A model generated the notes under the pieces. The model did not search any database. It was not told the origin of the DNA and worked only from the letters and a program-made list of their open reading frames with translations. 28,759 bases of DNA from an uncultured bacterium (lineage in GTDB: Bacteria; T1Sed10-126): assembly GCA_964566495.1 (NCBI GenBank), contig CAZMIT010000009.1, positions 1-28,759 on the forward strand, read 5' to 3'. This document shows positions 1-8,538 of the stretch, one piece after another. Each line of letters begins with the position of its first letter. Within the stretch, counting starts at the first letter, position 1. Position numbers and translations under genes: made by a program.

Positions 1-146
1 GATCTTGATTTTCGGTCTTGCGCCTCTTCGCCTGCTCGCAAGCTCGCCTCTTCGAGCTTTCCCCCTTGGAGGGGGGGAGACAAAAAGGGGGGATAGATTG
101 CGGATCAAGCAACGTCATGCCGGACTTGATCCGGTATCGGCAATGA
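1..146. repeat. REP/dRS3-like palindromic intergenic repeat, copy A (window begins inside it)
   Basis: Bases 1-65 are identical to 4906-4970 and similarity continues to about 109 / 5017. It contains GTCATGCCGGACTTGATCCGGTATC (114-138) and a stem CGGATCAAG (101-109) / CTTGATCCG (125-133). Confidence 0.85.
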
Positions 147-164
147 TGAAATTGGTGGAAGTTC

Positions 165-194
165 TGAACAAGAGGCTGGCAGATTTGTTATACT
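165..194 (+). promoter_or_regulatory. Possible sigma70-type promoter (TGAACA-N18-TATACT, extended TGn -10)
   Basis: TG at 186-187 and TATACT at 189-194, upstream of the Y-family polymerase-like gene. Motif match only. Confidence 0.3.
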
Positions 195-319
195 ATCATT
201 GAGTGCACTCCAAAAAAAATCCCCTATTGACGTGGGGAATACAGACCAACCCCCTACCGCCAGGGGAGAGGGCTTTCTGGAGGAGGCTCAAGACTGCTTT
301 TTATTACAGTTTTAAGCGG

Positions 320-1366
320 GTGAAAAGATTGATTGCTAACTTGCGCGTGCCCGACTTTATTGCGCGGGCCTTGCACAAAGGTTGTTCGCGATCTGTCCCG
401 GTTGTGGTCCGCGACGAAGGCAGGATAATCTCAGCATCCGGGGAGGCACGTAGTTTGGGAGTGCAACCCGGGGAACTGCTTTCTGAGGTAGAGATTCCCG
501 ATGCTGTTGAGGTGATTAGATTCGAGCTCGACAGGCTGGTTGAGACAAACCAGCAACTGCGCCGGGAAATCCAGCAATTAAGTCCCTTGATCGAGACTCT
601 ACATTTAGGAGAGTTTTTTGTTGAAATTGAGGCGGAAAACCGGTTGAAAAACTGGTTTGAGGGAAAAATTCTGTCTGGGTTGCCGCTTACCGCCGGTGCG
701 GCTCCAAGCGGCTGGCTTGCTTACGTAGTTTCACACCGGCAATCGCCCGGAGATATAAATATTATTTCTGAGGAGCATTTTGAGGAAACTATTCACTCCG
801 TCCGCCGTGAGGAAATGTGGGGACTGGGTTCAAAATTCATTGATATTTTAGAGGAACACGGTATAAAAAACATGGGGGAGCTGTTTTACCTGCAGGAGAC
901 AGAGAGACGCAAGCTGCTGGGCAGTGAAAGTAGGCTTCTGCACAAGCTGTTCAGTCGCGGAGATCCGCGGCCGATGAGCGTTTTCTCACGTCCCCGTTCT
1001 CTCAGTCGTGAAGTCTCTATTCCGCCGGAAGAAGCGCGGGAACAGAATGAGATCTGCCAGCGTTTAGCGCCGGTGATGGAACAGTTTAGCGAACGATTGC
1101 AGGACACAGCCAGCCTCGCTTACCGGCTTTACGTGGGGCTGCGATTTGCCGGGGATAAACAACTGGTCCGCAGCTATGAATTTACCACTCCGACCGATGA
1201 ACCGGAGTTGTTTGAGTTCGCCCTCAAGCAGGCACTGGCCGACGTTGCATTGACCGCGCCCGTGCAGTCAACCGCCGTTGAACTTGATGTTATTGTCGCT
1301 GATCTTGAAAACTATCATAGAAACCTTCAGGAGGTACCCGGTGAAATTGAAATTCTGGAGAGCTGA
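320..1366 (+). CDS. Y-family DNA polymerase-like protein (DinB/ImuB-like), probably catalytically inactive
   Basis: IMS-like N-terminus (PVVV..GRIISASGEARSLGV), LSPLIE, HhH motif MWGLGSK..LEEHGIKNMGEL and little-finger-like PRSLSRE. Catalytic motifs are degenerate (ANLRVPDF for HVDMDxF; LHLGEFF for SIDEAY). Start moved to GTG 320, where family homology begins; the ORF track starts at 203. Confidence 0.8.
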   Translation: MKRLIANLRVPDFIARALHKGCSRSVPVVVRDEGRIISASGEARSLGVQPGELLSEVEIPDAVEVIRFELDRLVETNQQLRREIQQLSPLIETLHLGEFFVEIEAENRLKNWFEGKILSGLPLTAGAAPSGWLAYVVSHRQSPGDINIISEEHFEETIHSVRREEMWGLGSKFIDILEEHGIKNMGELFYLQETERRKLLGSESRLLHKLFSRGDPRPMSVFSRPRSLSREVSIPPEEAREQNEICQRLAPVMEQFSERLQDTASLAYRLYVGLRFAGDKQLVRSYEFTTPTDEPELFEFALKQALADVALTAPVQSTAVELDVIVADLENYHRNLQEVPGEIEILES

Positions 1367-3905
1367 GTTACTCTTAGTTTTAATTTTTATCTGTTTCGCT
1401 CTTACCCCGGTGGCGGCTGTTGAGGCGGAATATGACACGGCTGTTGAACTTTATGAGGCCGGGGAATACGTCGAAGCCCGTGAGATATTAGAAAAACTTT
1501 ACGAGGAAAAACCAGCCGACGAGGGGATTTTATACCATCTGACCCGGGTAAATGAGGAAACAGGGGAGCTGGAAGAAGCGTTTTATTATCTGGCCCAACT
1601 GGCCGAACGTTCTCCCGACGAGTTGGAGAAGTTAACTCCTCGTTCAGTCTATCAGTCGGCCGGCCTACTTGCTTATGAAATCAGAGAATATCGACGGGCG
1701 CTTGAATTTTTTCAGAAAGCCCTGGAAGTTGTGGATGATGAGATTGAAGAGGAGAATATAAAAAGCTGGCGAGATCGCTCGCGCTCGGCCTACTTACGTC
1801 GAGTGCGGCTGGATCGTGAGGCAGCGCTGCAATCGCTGCTAAATGAAGCCTCAGAACTGACGGCTGAGGGGAGACTGCGGGAAGCAATTGAGCTGCTTGA
1901 GGCACAGCGGGATGATTTCGAGGATTATCCCGAGCTCGAGTCCCTGATGGCTGATCTTCAGCAGGAGGAACGTTTCTTCCACTGGATGGAGCAGGTCGAG
2001 GAAGTTTCTCGGGAAACACCAGGCAGCGAGGTGGATCAGCTGATAGAGAAGGGCAGAAACGAATTTTTTGATGAGGATCGTTACGAGGAGACGACAGGTA
2101 ATTATTTGGCCAAGCTTTTTTACACACGGGGGGTTCAATATTATCTGGACGAAAAATTTTCGGAAGCTAAATCCAGCTTTGAAAACGCGCTCGCCTTTTC
2201 CATTGAAGTATACCCGGAATATTATCAGGAGTTAGCGCGTAGCAATTATCGTCTCGGTAATTATGAGCAAACACTTGAGAAGCTGAAGCTATTAGAAGGC
2301 AATTTTCCGGAATATGATGCTGACGGTTGGTTGGCCTGGAAAAATTGGTTCTGGCTTCACCTGGACGTTTTCGTAGTTGGTTTACTTGTCCTCGGACTGG
2401 TTCTTGGCACAATTTTTCTCATTGGTCCTTTATTTGGAGCCCGCCTGTTTACCGCGCTCGGTGTCAGATTAGCGCCTCTGCTGCTGCGTTTTAATCAGCC
2501 AGTCGCCGCTACGCTGGTCTGGGATCGTCTCTGCAGGGTAGAATACCTGGCTGAGGAATCTTTTGATAAATATGTTGCCGCTCTCGAAAAGCTCGGAAAA
2601 GATAAAAAATTAAGGCAGGTGCTGGAAACCTTCCAACTGGTCGCGGAGCTGTCTTTATCACAGCAGATAAAGCTGGGCCGCACATATCGGTCGGCCGGTA
2701 AAAACGAACAGGCGGCAGAGATATTGTCCGAAGTGTATAAGGACTGGGAAAAACTGGGGCAGAGAGATAAAGTAACTCTGGCCCGGCTTTTGTCTTCCCT
2801 GAAACTGGAACAGGGTGAAACGGAGCAAGCCCTGGAGATATTTGGTCGGCTGTTAAAATTACAGCCTGAGAATAACCGTCTCTATCAGCAGGTAATCAGG
2901 CTTGCCGCTGAGAGCAGTAAGTGGAACTTATGGGCAAAATACGGTCGTCTATGGCTAAAGCAGGTAAAAAGCGGGTATATTCAGGAGCGCCACCGGGCGA
3001 CTATCTCTTCAGCGCGAGAAGAGGGGGGGCTTCAAGACCCTGAGTCTATCGCTGAATTTTTACTGGAAGTCTATGATCAGAAAGTGGCTGATCTCAGCAA
3101 TCAGCCTCAGGAGCGTCTGAAATTTGTCTATGAGTTGACAGAGGAGATTCCCGGCGGCTGGGAACGGACAGTGGAGGTTCTTGAAGAGATTATTGATCGC
3201 CAGGCGAACGACGACGAGCAGCGCAAGTTTCTCCGTCGCCTCGCTGAAATTCTGTCCGAACGTGGTCAGTTCGAGCGGGCACTTCCTTATTATGAACGAT
3301 TGCGCGAGCAAGTCGGAGACGAGTTTGATTTGCTGGAAAAATTGGGCAGAATATATCAGCAGTTGGAAAAACGGTCCGAGGCTGTGGAGTGTTATGAAAA
3401 AATATTTGACTATCAGAAGGATAACATTACCGCGATCAGCGGTCTCAAGCAGATTGGTCGGGATTATGAGACAGACCAGGAGTATGAAGCGGCCGAAGCG
3501 GCTTATCGGACTGTATTAGATAATAGCCGCAGTCCAGACACGGACGTTCAATTTCGTCTTGGTGTCGCGCAATACCGTCAGAATAAGCTGGAGGAAGCGC
3601 TGGGTACTTTTCAAAAAATAAAAGACACAAGATTGGATTTTCAGGCGCGAGTATTGAGTTATATTGCTCGCTGTCTCGTTAAGATGGAGATGTATGAAGC
3701 GGCCTATAAACGTATTGAGGAGTTTGAATACGAGTCGCGTGAGCTTTCCTCAACTCAGCGGCGGACCCTGCTCTACTGGCTGGCTCGCGCGGCTGAAGGA
3801 GCGGGAAAGACGGCCGAGGCTAAATCTCATTATCAGACGATCGTAGCAGGTGACGTTGAGTTTCGTGATGTCGCTGATCGATTGGAGCGGCTTGAAGCGC
3901 AGTAA
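1341..3905 (+). CDS. Large tetratricopeptide-repeat membrane protein (signal peptide, exported TPRs, central TM segment, cytoplasmic TPRs)
   Basis: GGAGG SD then GTG 1341. Signal peptide ..LTPVAAVEA, repeated TPR patterns, hydrophobic VFVVGLLVLGLVLGTIFLIG, and C-terminal LYWLARAAE..G..A..HYQ.I...DVEFRDVADRL. Confidence 0.8.
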   Translation: MKLKFWRAELLLVLIFICFALTPVAAVEAEYDTAVELYEAGEYVEAREILEKLYEEKPADEGILYHLTRVNEETGELEEAFYYLAQLAERSPDELEKLTPRSVYQSAGLLAYEIREYRRALEFFQKALEVVDDEIEEENIKSWRDRSRSAYLRRVRLDREAALQSLLNEASELTAEGRLREAIELLEAQRDDFEDYPELESLMADLQQEERFFHWMEQVEEVSRETPGSEVDQLIEKGRNEFFDEDRYEETTGNYLAKLFYTRGVQYYLDEKFSEAKSSFENALAFSIEVYPEYYQELARSNYRLGNYEQTLEKLKLLEGNFPEYDADGWLAWKNWFWLHLDVFVVGLLVLGLVLGTIFLIGPLFGARLFTALGVRLAPLLLRFNQPVAATLVWDRLCRVEYLAEESFDKYVAALEKLGKDKKLRQVLETFQLVAELSLSQQIKLGRTYRSAGKNEQAAEILSEVYKDWEKLGQRDKVTLARLLSSLKLEQGETEQALEIFGRLLKLQPENNRLYQQVIRLAAESSKWNLWAKYGRLWLKQVKSGYIQERHRATISSAREEGGLQDPESIAEFLLEVYDQKVADLSNQPQERLKFVYELTEEIPGGWERTVEVLEEIIDRQANDDEQRKFLRRLAEILSERGQFERALPYYERLREQVGDEFDLLEKLGRIYQQLEKRSEAVECYEKIFDYQKDNITAISGLKQIGRDYETDQEYEAAEAAYRTVLDNSRSPDTDVQFRLGVAQYRQNKLEEALGTFQKIKDTRLDFQARVLSYIARCLVKMEMYEAAYKRIEEFEYESRELSSTQRRTLLYWLARAAEGAGKTAEAKSHYQTIVAGDVEFRDVADRLERLEAQ

Positions 3906-3907
3906 AA

Positions 3908-4726
3908 GTGACCGGTATACTTTATGTAGTCGCGACCCCGCTGGGTAACAGCCGAGACATAACACTGCGTGCCATCGACGTGTTATCGGAAACTGATGAG
4001 TGGGTGGTAGAGGATACCAGGCGCGCTGGACGTCTGCGTGAATTACTTGACCTCCCCCAGCGGCCGTTAAACAGCTACTACGATGAAGTGGAAGAGGCCC
4101 GCACTGATGCGTTGATCAAGAAGTTAAAACAGGGGCTGAACCTGGCCCTGCTCAGTGACTCAGGAACCCCGCTGGTTGCCGACCCCGGGTATAACTTGGT
4201 GCGAGCGGCCCATGAAGCTGGTCTGGATGTACGGCCTGTCCCCGGACCCAGCGCTCCGATCGCTGCTCTTAGCGCCAGCGGCTTCCCCAGTGATGAATTT
4301 ATTTCGCTTGGTTTTTTACCCAAAAAATCGAAAGGTAAACGGGACCGGTTACTTGAAGTGAAGTATTACCAGGGGACTGTGATATTTTTTGAAAGTCCTC
4401 AGCGTATCTGTGAGACGCTCAGGTTATTGCTGAATTTGTTTGGCAATCGAACTGTATTTGTTGGCCGTGAAATGACAAAAAAATTCGAACAATATTTACG
4501 GGGCTCCCTGGAGGAAGCATTGGCTGAACTGGAGGATTCTCAGCCGCGGGGAGAATTTACAGTTCTTGTTCATCCCGGCGAAGAAAAATATGTCAATCCC
4601 GAGGATTATCTGGCAGAACTTCTTGCGCGCGGCTTGAGTATGAGCGATGCCGCTCGTATAGCAGCCAAGTTTTCGTCAAAACCAAAGAGCGAATTGTATA
4701 AACTTGGACTGGAACTTAAAGATTAG
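3908..4726 (+). CDS. rsmI: 16S rRNA (cytidine1402-2'-O)-methyltransferase
   Basis: LYVVATPLGN..DIT.RA, EDTR, SDSGTPLVADPG, PVPGPSA, FESPQR, REMTKKFE, RGEF motifs. Confidence 0.96.
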   Translation: MTGILYVVATPLGNSRDITLRAIDVLSETDEWVVEDTRRAGRLRELLDLPQRPLNSYYDEVEEARTDALIKKLKQGLNLALLSDSGTPLVADPGYNLVRAAHEAGLDVRPVPGPSAPIAALSASGFPSDEFISLGFLPKKSKGKRDRLLEVKYYQGTVIFFESPQRICETLRLLLNLFGNRTVFVGREMTKKFEQYLRGSLEEALAELEDSQPRGEFTVLVHPGEEKYVNPEDYLAELLARGLSMSDAARIAAKFSSKPKSELYKLGLELKD

Positions 4727-4754
4727 TAGGTTTGTAGCTGTTCGTCCAGGCGCA

Positions 4755-5017
4755 CCGGAATCCACTTTGAACTTGACGTCATTCCGGACAAGCGACCGAG
4801 CACTCAATCGCAAGCGCTATGGATAAGTAACACCAAGAAGTAAAAGATTGTTCTTACAATTTGATTGAGTGCTTGGGAGCGCGATCCGGAATCCATCTTG
4901 AACTTGATCTTGATTTTCGGTCTTGCGCCTCTTCGCCTGCTCGCAAGCTCGCCTCTTCGAGCTTTCCCCCCTTGACGGGGGGAAAGACAAAGGGGGGTGA
5001 AATGGATTGCGGATCAA
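4755..5017. repeat. Composite REP/dRS3-like palindromic repeat, copy B
   Basis: A 22-nt direct repeat at 4755-4776 / 4886-4907 (2 mismatches). Outer inverted repeat ATTCCGGA (4781-4788) / TCCGGAAT (4885-4892) encloses inner inverted repeat AGCACTCAATC (4799-4809) / GATTGAGTGCT (4863-4873). 4906-4970 is identical to 1-65. Confidence 0.85.
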
Positions 5018-5112
5018 TCCCTGGGACGTCATACGTTCTCACAATTACACGGCGGCCGCTAAACAGTTACAAATAGTAGCAACAGGTGAACAGTTACCAG
5101 ATTTTTTAAGGA

Positions 5113-5739
5113 GTGATGAGTTCGATGGAAAGACTTGAAGATTGGGAGAAAAAACAGATAGTTGAAAAAATTCGTGACGGGGCGGTGTTTATTTATCCGA
5201 CCGACACCGTCTATGGAATTGGCTGTAGTGTTTACAATAGTGAAGCGGTAGGTCGTGTATTTAATATCAAAGACCGCCCCGAGGATAAATCATTCCCGAT
5301 TCTGGCCACCAGCAAGCAGGTTCATGAGCTGTCGAACATGAGGGGAGCCGAGCAGGCAGTCGCCAGTGACCACTGGCCTGGTAACCTGACTCTGGTGCTG
5401 GAACTAAAATCAACGAACGACCTTGACAGTCGTCTTATCCGAAATGGACAGGTGGCACTTCGTGTCCCCGACCTGCCGCCGCTTCTCGATCTGTTAGAAC
5501 AGACAGGACCGATTGTTGGAACCAGCGCAAATTTAAGTGGCTCACCGGCGGCCGCCCGCCTGGAGGACATCTCAGCGCATCTGCTGACCGAAGTCGACCT
5601 GGTGTTTGGCGAAAAACAAGGTTCTGGCAGACCTTCTACCGTAGCCGGATGGGATCCTGCTGCAAAAAGATGGGAGGTTTACAGGGAGGGAGAACTTGCC
5701 GAGGAGCAATTGATTGAGAGCGTGGAGGGAAAAGTATGA
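5113..5739 (+). CDS. tsaC: L-threonylcarbamoyladenylate synthase (short TsaC/YrdC form, no SUA5 C-terminal domain)
   Basis: YPTDTVYGIG, IKDRP.DK, WPGNLTLV, VALRVP, TSANLSG, PSTV. Start may be ATG 5116 or 5125. Confidence 0.93.
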   Translation: MMSSMERLEDWEKKQIVEKIRDGAVFIYPTDTVYGIGCSVYNSEAVGRVFNIKDRPEDKSFPILATSKQVHELSNMRGAEQAVASDHWPGNLTLVLELKSTNDLDSRLIRNGQVALRVPDLPPLLDLLEQTGPIVGTSANLSGSPAAARLEDISAHLLTEVDLVFGEKQGSGRPSTVAGWDPAAKRWEVYREGELAEEQLIESVEGKV

Positions 5740-6182
5740 AAATTATTTTTGTCTGTACCGGCAACACCTGTCGTAGCCCGATGGCTGAGTATCTTCTACA
5801 GGATTTACTTGCACAGGAGGAAATTGATATAGAGGTTGAGTCGGCGGGCATCATGGCCAGTCCGGGCAGCCCCCCGACCCCGGAAACGGAGCAGGTTCTG
5901 CGTGAGAACGGTTATGAGTCCATAAGTTCTCATCAAGCGCAGCACGTTAGCGAGCTAAGTCTTTCCCCGGGTGATCTTCTGCTGGGGATGACCGCTAAAC
6001 ACCGGGCTTTCCTCGCGGATAAAGTTCCAGAGCAAATTGAAGTCTCTACTTTAAACGAATATCTGGACACTGAGGTTGATTTGAGCGATCCTTTTGGCAG
6101 TGATATTGACACTTACCGGCGTCTTTATCAGCAGCTAAAACCAGCGCTGGAAGAGTTAAAGAAGTTGCTGCGGGAGCAATAG
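5736..6182 (+). CDS. Low-molecular-weight protein phosphatase, YwlE-like (likely protein-arginine phosphatase)
   Basis: P-loop FVCTGNTCRSPMAE and general-acid DPFG. Position between tsaC and rpiB mirrors Bacillus ywlC-ywlE-ywlF. Confidence 0.85.
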   Translation: MKIIFVCTGNTCRSPMAEYLLQDLLAQEEIDIEVESAGIMASPGSPPTPETEQVLRENGYESISSHQAQHVSELSLSPGDLLLGMTAKHRAFLADKVPEQIEVSTLNEYLDTEVDLSDPFGSDIDTYRRLYQQLKPALEELKKLLREQ

Positions 6183-6225
6183 GAGATATAAAAATTGTAA
6201 TTCCTAACATAATTTTTGAGGTGAT

Positions 6226-7281
6226 ATGATGGAAATTATAATTGGAGCCGATCACGCCGGTTATGAATACAAAAACAAGCTGAAGAATTATTTGGAATCA
6301 GAGGGGTACAGGGTGACTGATGTCGGGACCAGCTCACGCGAACCGACTGACTATCCTGATTACGCTCAGCGGGTCGTTGAGGAGCTTGCTCTGACCGAGC
6401 AGAAGCGGGGCATTCTGGTCTGTGGTAGCGGTATTGGTATGGCAATTACGGCTAATCGCTCCCGGGGAGTTCGTGCTGCTCGGTGTCGACGGGTGGAAGA
6501 TGTTCGCTGGGCCCGGCGCCACAACAACATCAACTGTCTCTGCCTGGGTGAACGTGAAAATTCGCTTGAGGAGGTCCAGGAGATGGTGGATGTCTTCCTG
6601 GAAACTGAATTTGACGAAGGTCGACACAAGGCCAGAATAGAAAAAATTGACCATCCCGGACTGCAGGTGATAAAGCATCCTCTGGTGCAAACCAAGCTAA
6701 CTCAATTGCGCGATAAAAATACTTCCAAAAAAGAATTTCGCGAGCTTATCGGTGAACTTACCGGACTGATGTTTTACGAGGCGACAAGAAGCTGTCCGAC
6801 TGACACACAGGTGGTGGAGACGCCGCTGACAGACGCCAGGGGAAGGGAGATGCTGCAACGTATTCTGCTTGTCCCGATTCTGCGTGCCGGCCTCGGTATG
6901 GTTGATCCTATCTTGAAACTTGTGCCAACCGCGAAAGTTGGTCACATTGGTCTCTACCGCGACGAGGAAAGTCTTGAACCGGTCGAGTATTACTTGAAGG
7001 TGCCGGAAAACCTCGAAAATTGTATTGTTCTTTTGCTTGATCCCATGCTGGCCACAGGGGGGTCAGCGGCCAAGGCAATCAGTCTACTCAAGGAAAAAGG
7101 GTTTTCATCCGACCTGCGCTTTCTCTGCCTGGTGGCCGCTCCTGAAGGGGTTAAAACTGTTAAAGAGGCGCATCCGGACGTCTCCATTTACGCCGCTTCC
7201 GTGGATGAAAAACTCAACGATGATGGTTATATACTGCCTGGCCTTGGAGATGCTGGTGACCGGTTGTTTGGGACATTATAG
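6226..7281 (+). CDS. upp: Fusion protein: ribose-5-phosphate isomerase B (N-terminal ~143 aa) plus uracil phosphoribosyltransferase (C-terminal ~208 aa)
   Basis: RpiB motifs GADHAG, DYPD, CGSGIG, HNNIN, GRH run without a stop into Upp motifs HPLV..KLT.LRD, VPILRAGLGM, GHIGLYRDE, LLDPMLATGGS, PGLGDAGDRLFGT. Confidence 0.93.
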   Translation: MMEIIIGADHAGYEYKNKLKNYLESEGYRVTDVGTSSREPTDYPDYAQRVVEELALTEQKRGILVCGSGIGMAITANRSRGVRAARCRRVEDVRWARRHNNINCLCLGERENSLEEVQEMVDVFLETEFDEGRHKARIEKIDHPGLQVIKHPLVQTKLTQLRDKNTSKKEFRELIGELTGLMFYEATRSCPTDTQVVETPLTDARGREMLQRILLVPILRAGLGMVDPILKLVPTAKVGHIGLYRDEESLEPVEYYLKVPENLENCIVLLLDPMLATGGSAAKAISLLKEKGFSSDLRFLCLVAAPEGVKTVKEAHPDVSIYAASVDEKLNDDGYILPGLGDAGDRLFGTL

Positions 7282-7291
7282 GGACTAAAAG

Positions 7292-8179
7292 GTGGCTTTC
7301 AGAGCGACGGTAAAGACACCGGCGAAGCTTAACTTGGGTCTGCGTGTGGGTCGGAGACTGAAGTGCGGTTATCACGGCCTGGAGACTATCTTTCAGACCG
7401 TTTCCCTCTATGACAGAATTGAGGTTCGGTCGAGTAACGAAGGTGGTGATAGGCTGGAAACCGCTGGTCCTGTTTCCGTACCCGAAAATTCCAGCAACCT
7501 TGTTCTGCAGGCGCTTGATTTTCTTCGTTCAAGGGCTGTAAAGATACCGCCGTTGAAGTTAAAATTGTACAAGCAGATACCAACCGGGGCTGGACTGGGT
7601 GGGGGCAGTGCAAATGCCGCCGGCATAATTATGCTGGCTACAAAGCTCTGGGGAGCTGATTTAAAAAAAGAGCTGTTTGAGTGGCGTTTGGCGCGCGAGC
7701 TTGGAGCGGACGTCCCCTTCTTCCTGTACGGCGGCACTGCAAAAGCGGCTGGTATCGGCGAGCAGATTATTTCTCTGCCAGCACAGCGTGGAAGGGCGCT
7801 GGTCGTTGTCCCGGACGTGATGGTTTCCACGGAAGAAGCTTACGCCAGGCTGCCGGAAAATGACGATTATCAAACTAATTTAACCAGCGCTCAGCCGGGG
7901 GAAAAGATGGCCTGGGAAAAATGGTCGCTGGGCAACGACTTCTGGCCACCGATAAGTGCCGCAAATAAAAAAATGTCGGTAATATGTGATCGCCTTGCAG
8001 AAGTTTCTCCGCAAGTTGGCTTGACCGGCAGCGGTAGTGCAATGTACGCTTTGTTTGAAGACAAAAAAGAGCTGGAGAGGGCGCACCAAAAAATAAATAA
8101 AAAATTAAGCGAGTCTCAACTTTTTCAAGTAAATTTTACAGGAGGTGTTAAAATAGAGACAGGGGAAGAACCTGACTGA
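7292..8179 (+). CDS. ispE: 4-diphosphocytidyl-2-C-methyl-D-erythritol kinase
   Basis: PAKLNLGL, YHGLET, KQIP.GAGLGGGSANAA, LGADVPFF, GIGE, LTGSGS. Confidence 0.95.
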   Translation: MAFRATVKTPAKLNLGLRVGRRLKCGYHGLETIFQTVSLYDRIEVRSSNEGGDRLETAGPVSVPENSSNLVLQALDFLRSRAVKIPPLKLKLYKQIPTGAGLGGGSANAAGIIMLATKLWGADLKKELFEWRLARELGADVPFFLYGGTAKAAGIGEQIISLPAQRGRALVVVPDVMVSTEEAYARLPENDDYQTNLTSAQPGEKMAWEKWSLGNDFWPPISAANKKMSVICDRLAEVSPQVGLTGSGSAMYALFEDKKELERAHQKINKKLSESQLFQVNFTGGVKIETGEEPD

Positions 8180-8229
8180 ACAGCAGGATGACAATCACCG
8201 AAATCACAGCTAGCCGGGAGGCGTCAAAA

Positions 8230-8514
8230 ATGGAAGTAACGTCTGTTGACATCAAGCCCATGGGGGAGGACGCGGACAGGGTTCTGGCCTTTGCCTCGAT
8301 TGTTTTTGATGACGAGTTTGTGGTGCACAACGTGCGGCTCGTAAGGGCGCGCAGCGGAATCATTGTTGCGATGCCGAATGAGGAATATCGCGGCGACCTG
8401 CGCGATGTTGCTCATCCGCTTAACAACGAGTGCCGGGGAAGAATAAGGGAAGCAGTTATTGAAACTTACAATGAGACGGTTGACCCCGAGAAACGTATTC
8501 AAATTGAGGGGTGA
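8230..8514 (+). CDS. spoVG: SpoVG family nucleic-acid-binding regulator
   Basis: MEVTSVDI..LAFASIVFDDEFVVHNVRLV...IVAMP...RDVAHPLN..CR. GGGAGG SD before ATG 8230. Confidence 0.92.
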   Translation: MEVTSVDIKPMGEDADRVLAFASIVFDDEFVVHNVRLVRARSGIIVAMPNEEYRGDLRDVAHPLNNECRGRIREAVIETYNETVDPEKRIQIEG

Positions 8515-8538
8515 TAGTTAGAAAGCGAGGTTGTAAAC

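Noticed and set aside
5..202. Short ORFs in the repeats (5-202, 4817-5032, 4854-5042, 4861-5076)
   Set aside because: They are translations of the palindromic repeat with no protein-family signal.
203..319. N-terminal extension of the polymerase-like ORF from GTG 203
   Set aside because: Family similarity begins at GTG 320. The extension covers C-run/G-run hairpin sequence typical of the intergenic repeats.
4755..5017. CRISPR array or IS element
   Set aside because: There are no regularly spaced identical repeats with unique spacers, and no cas or transposase gene in the window.
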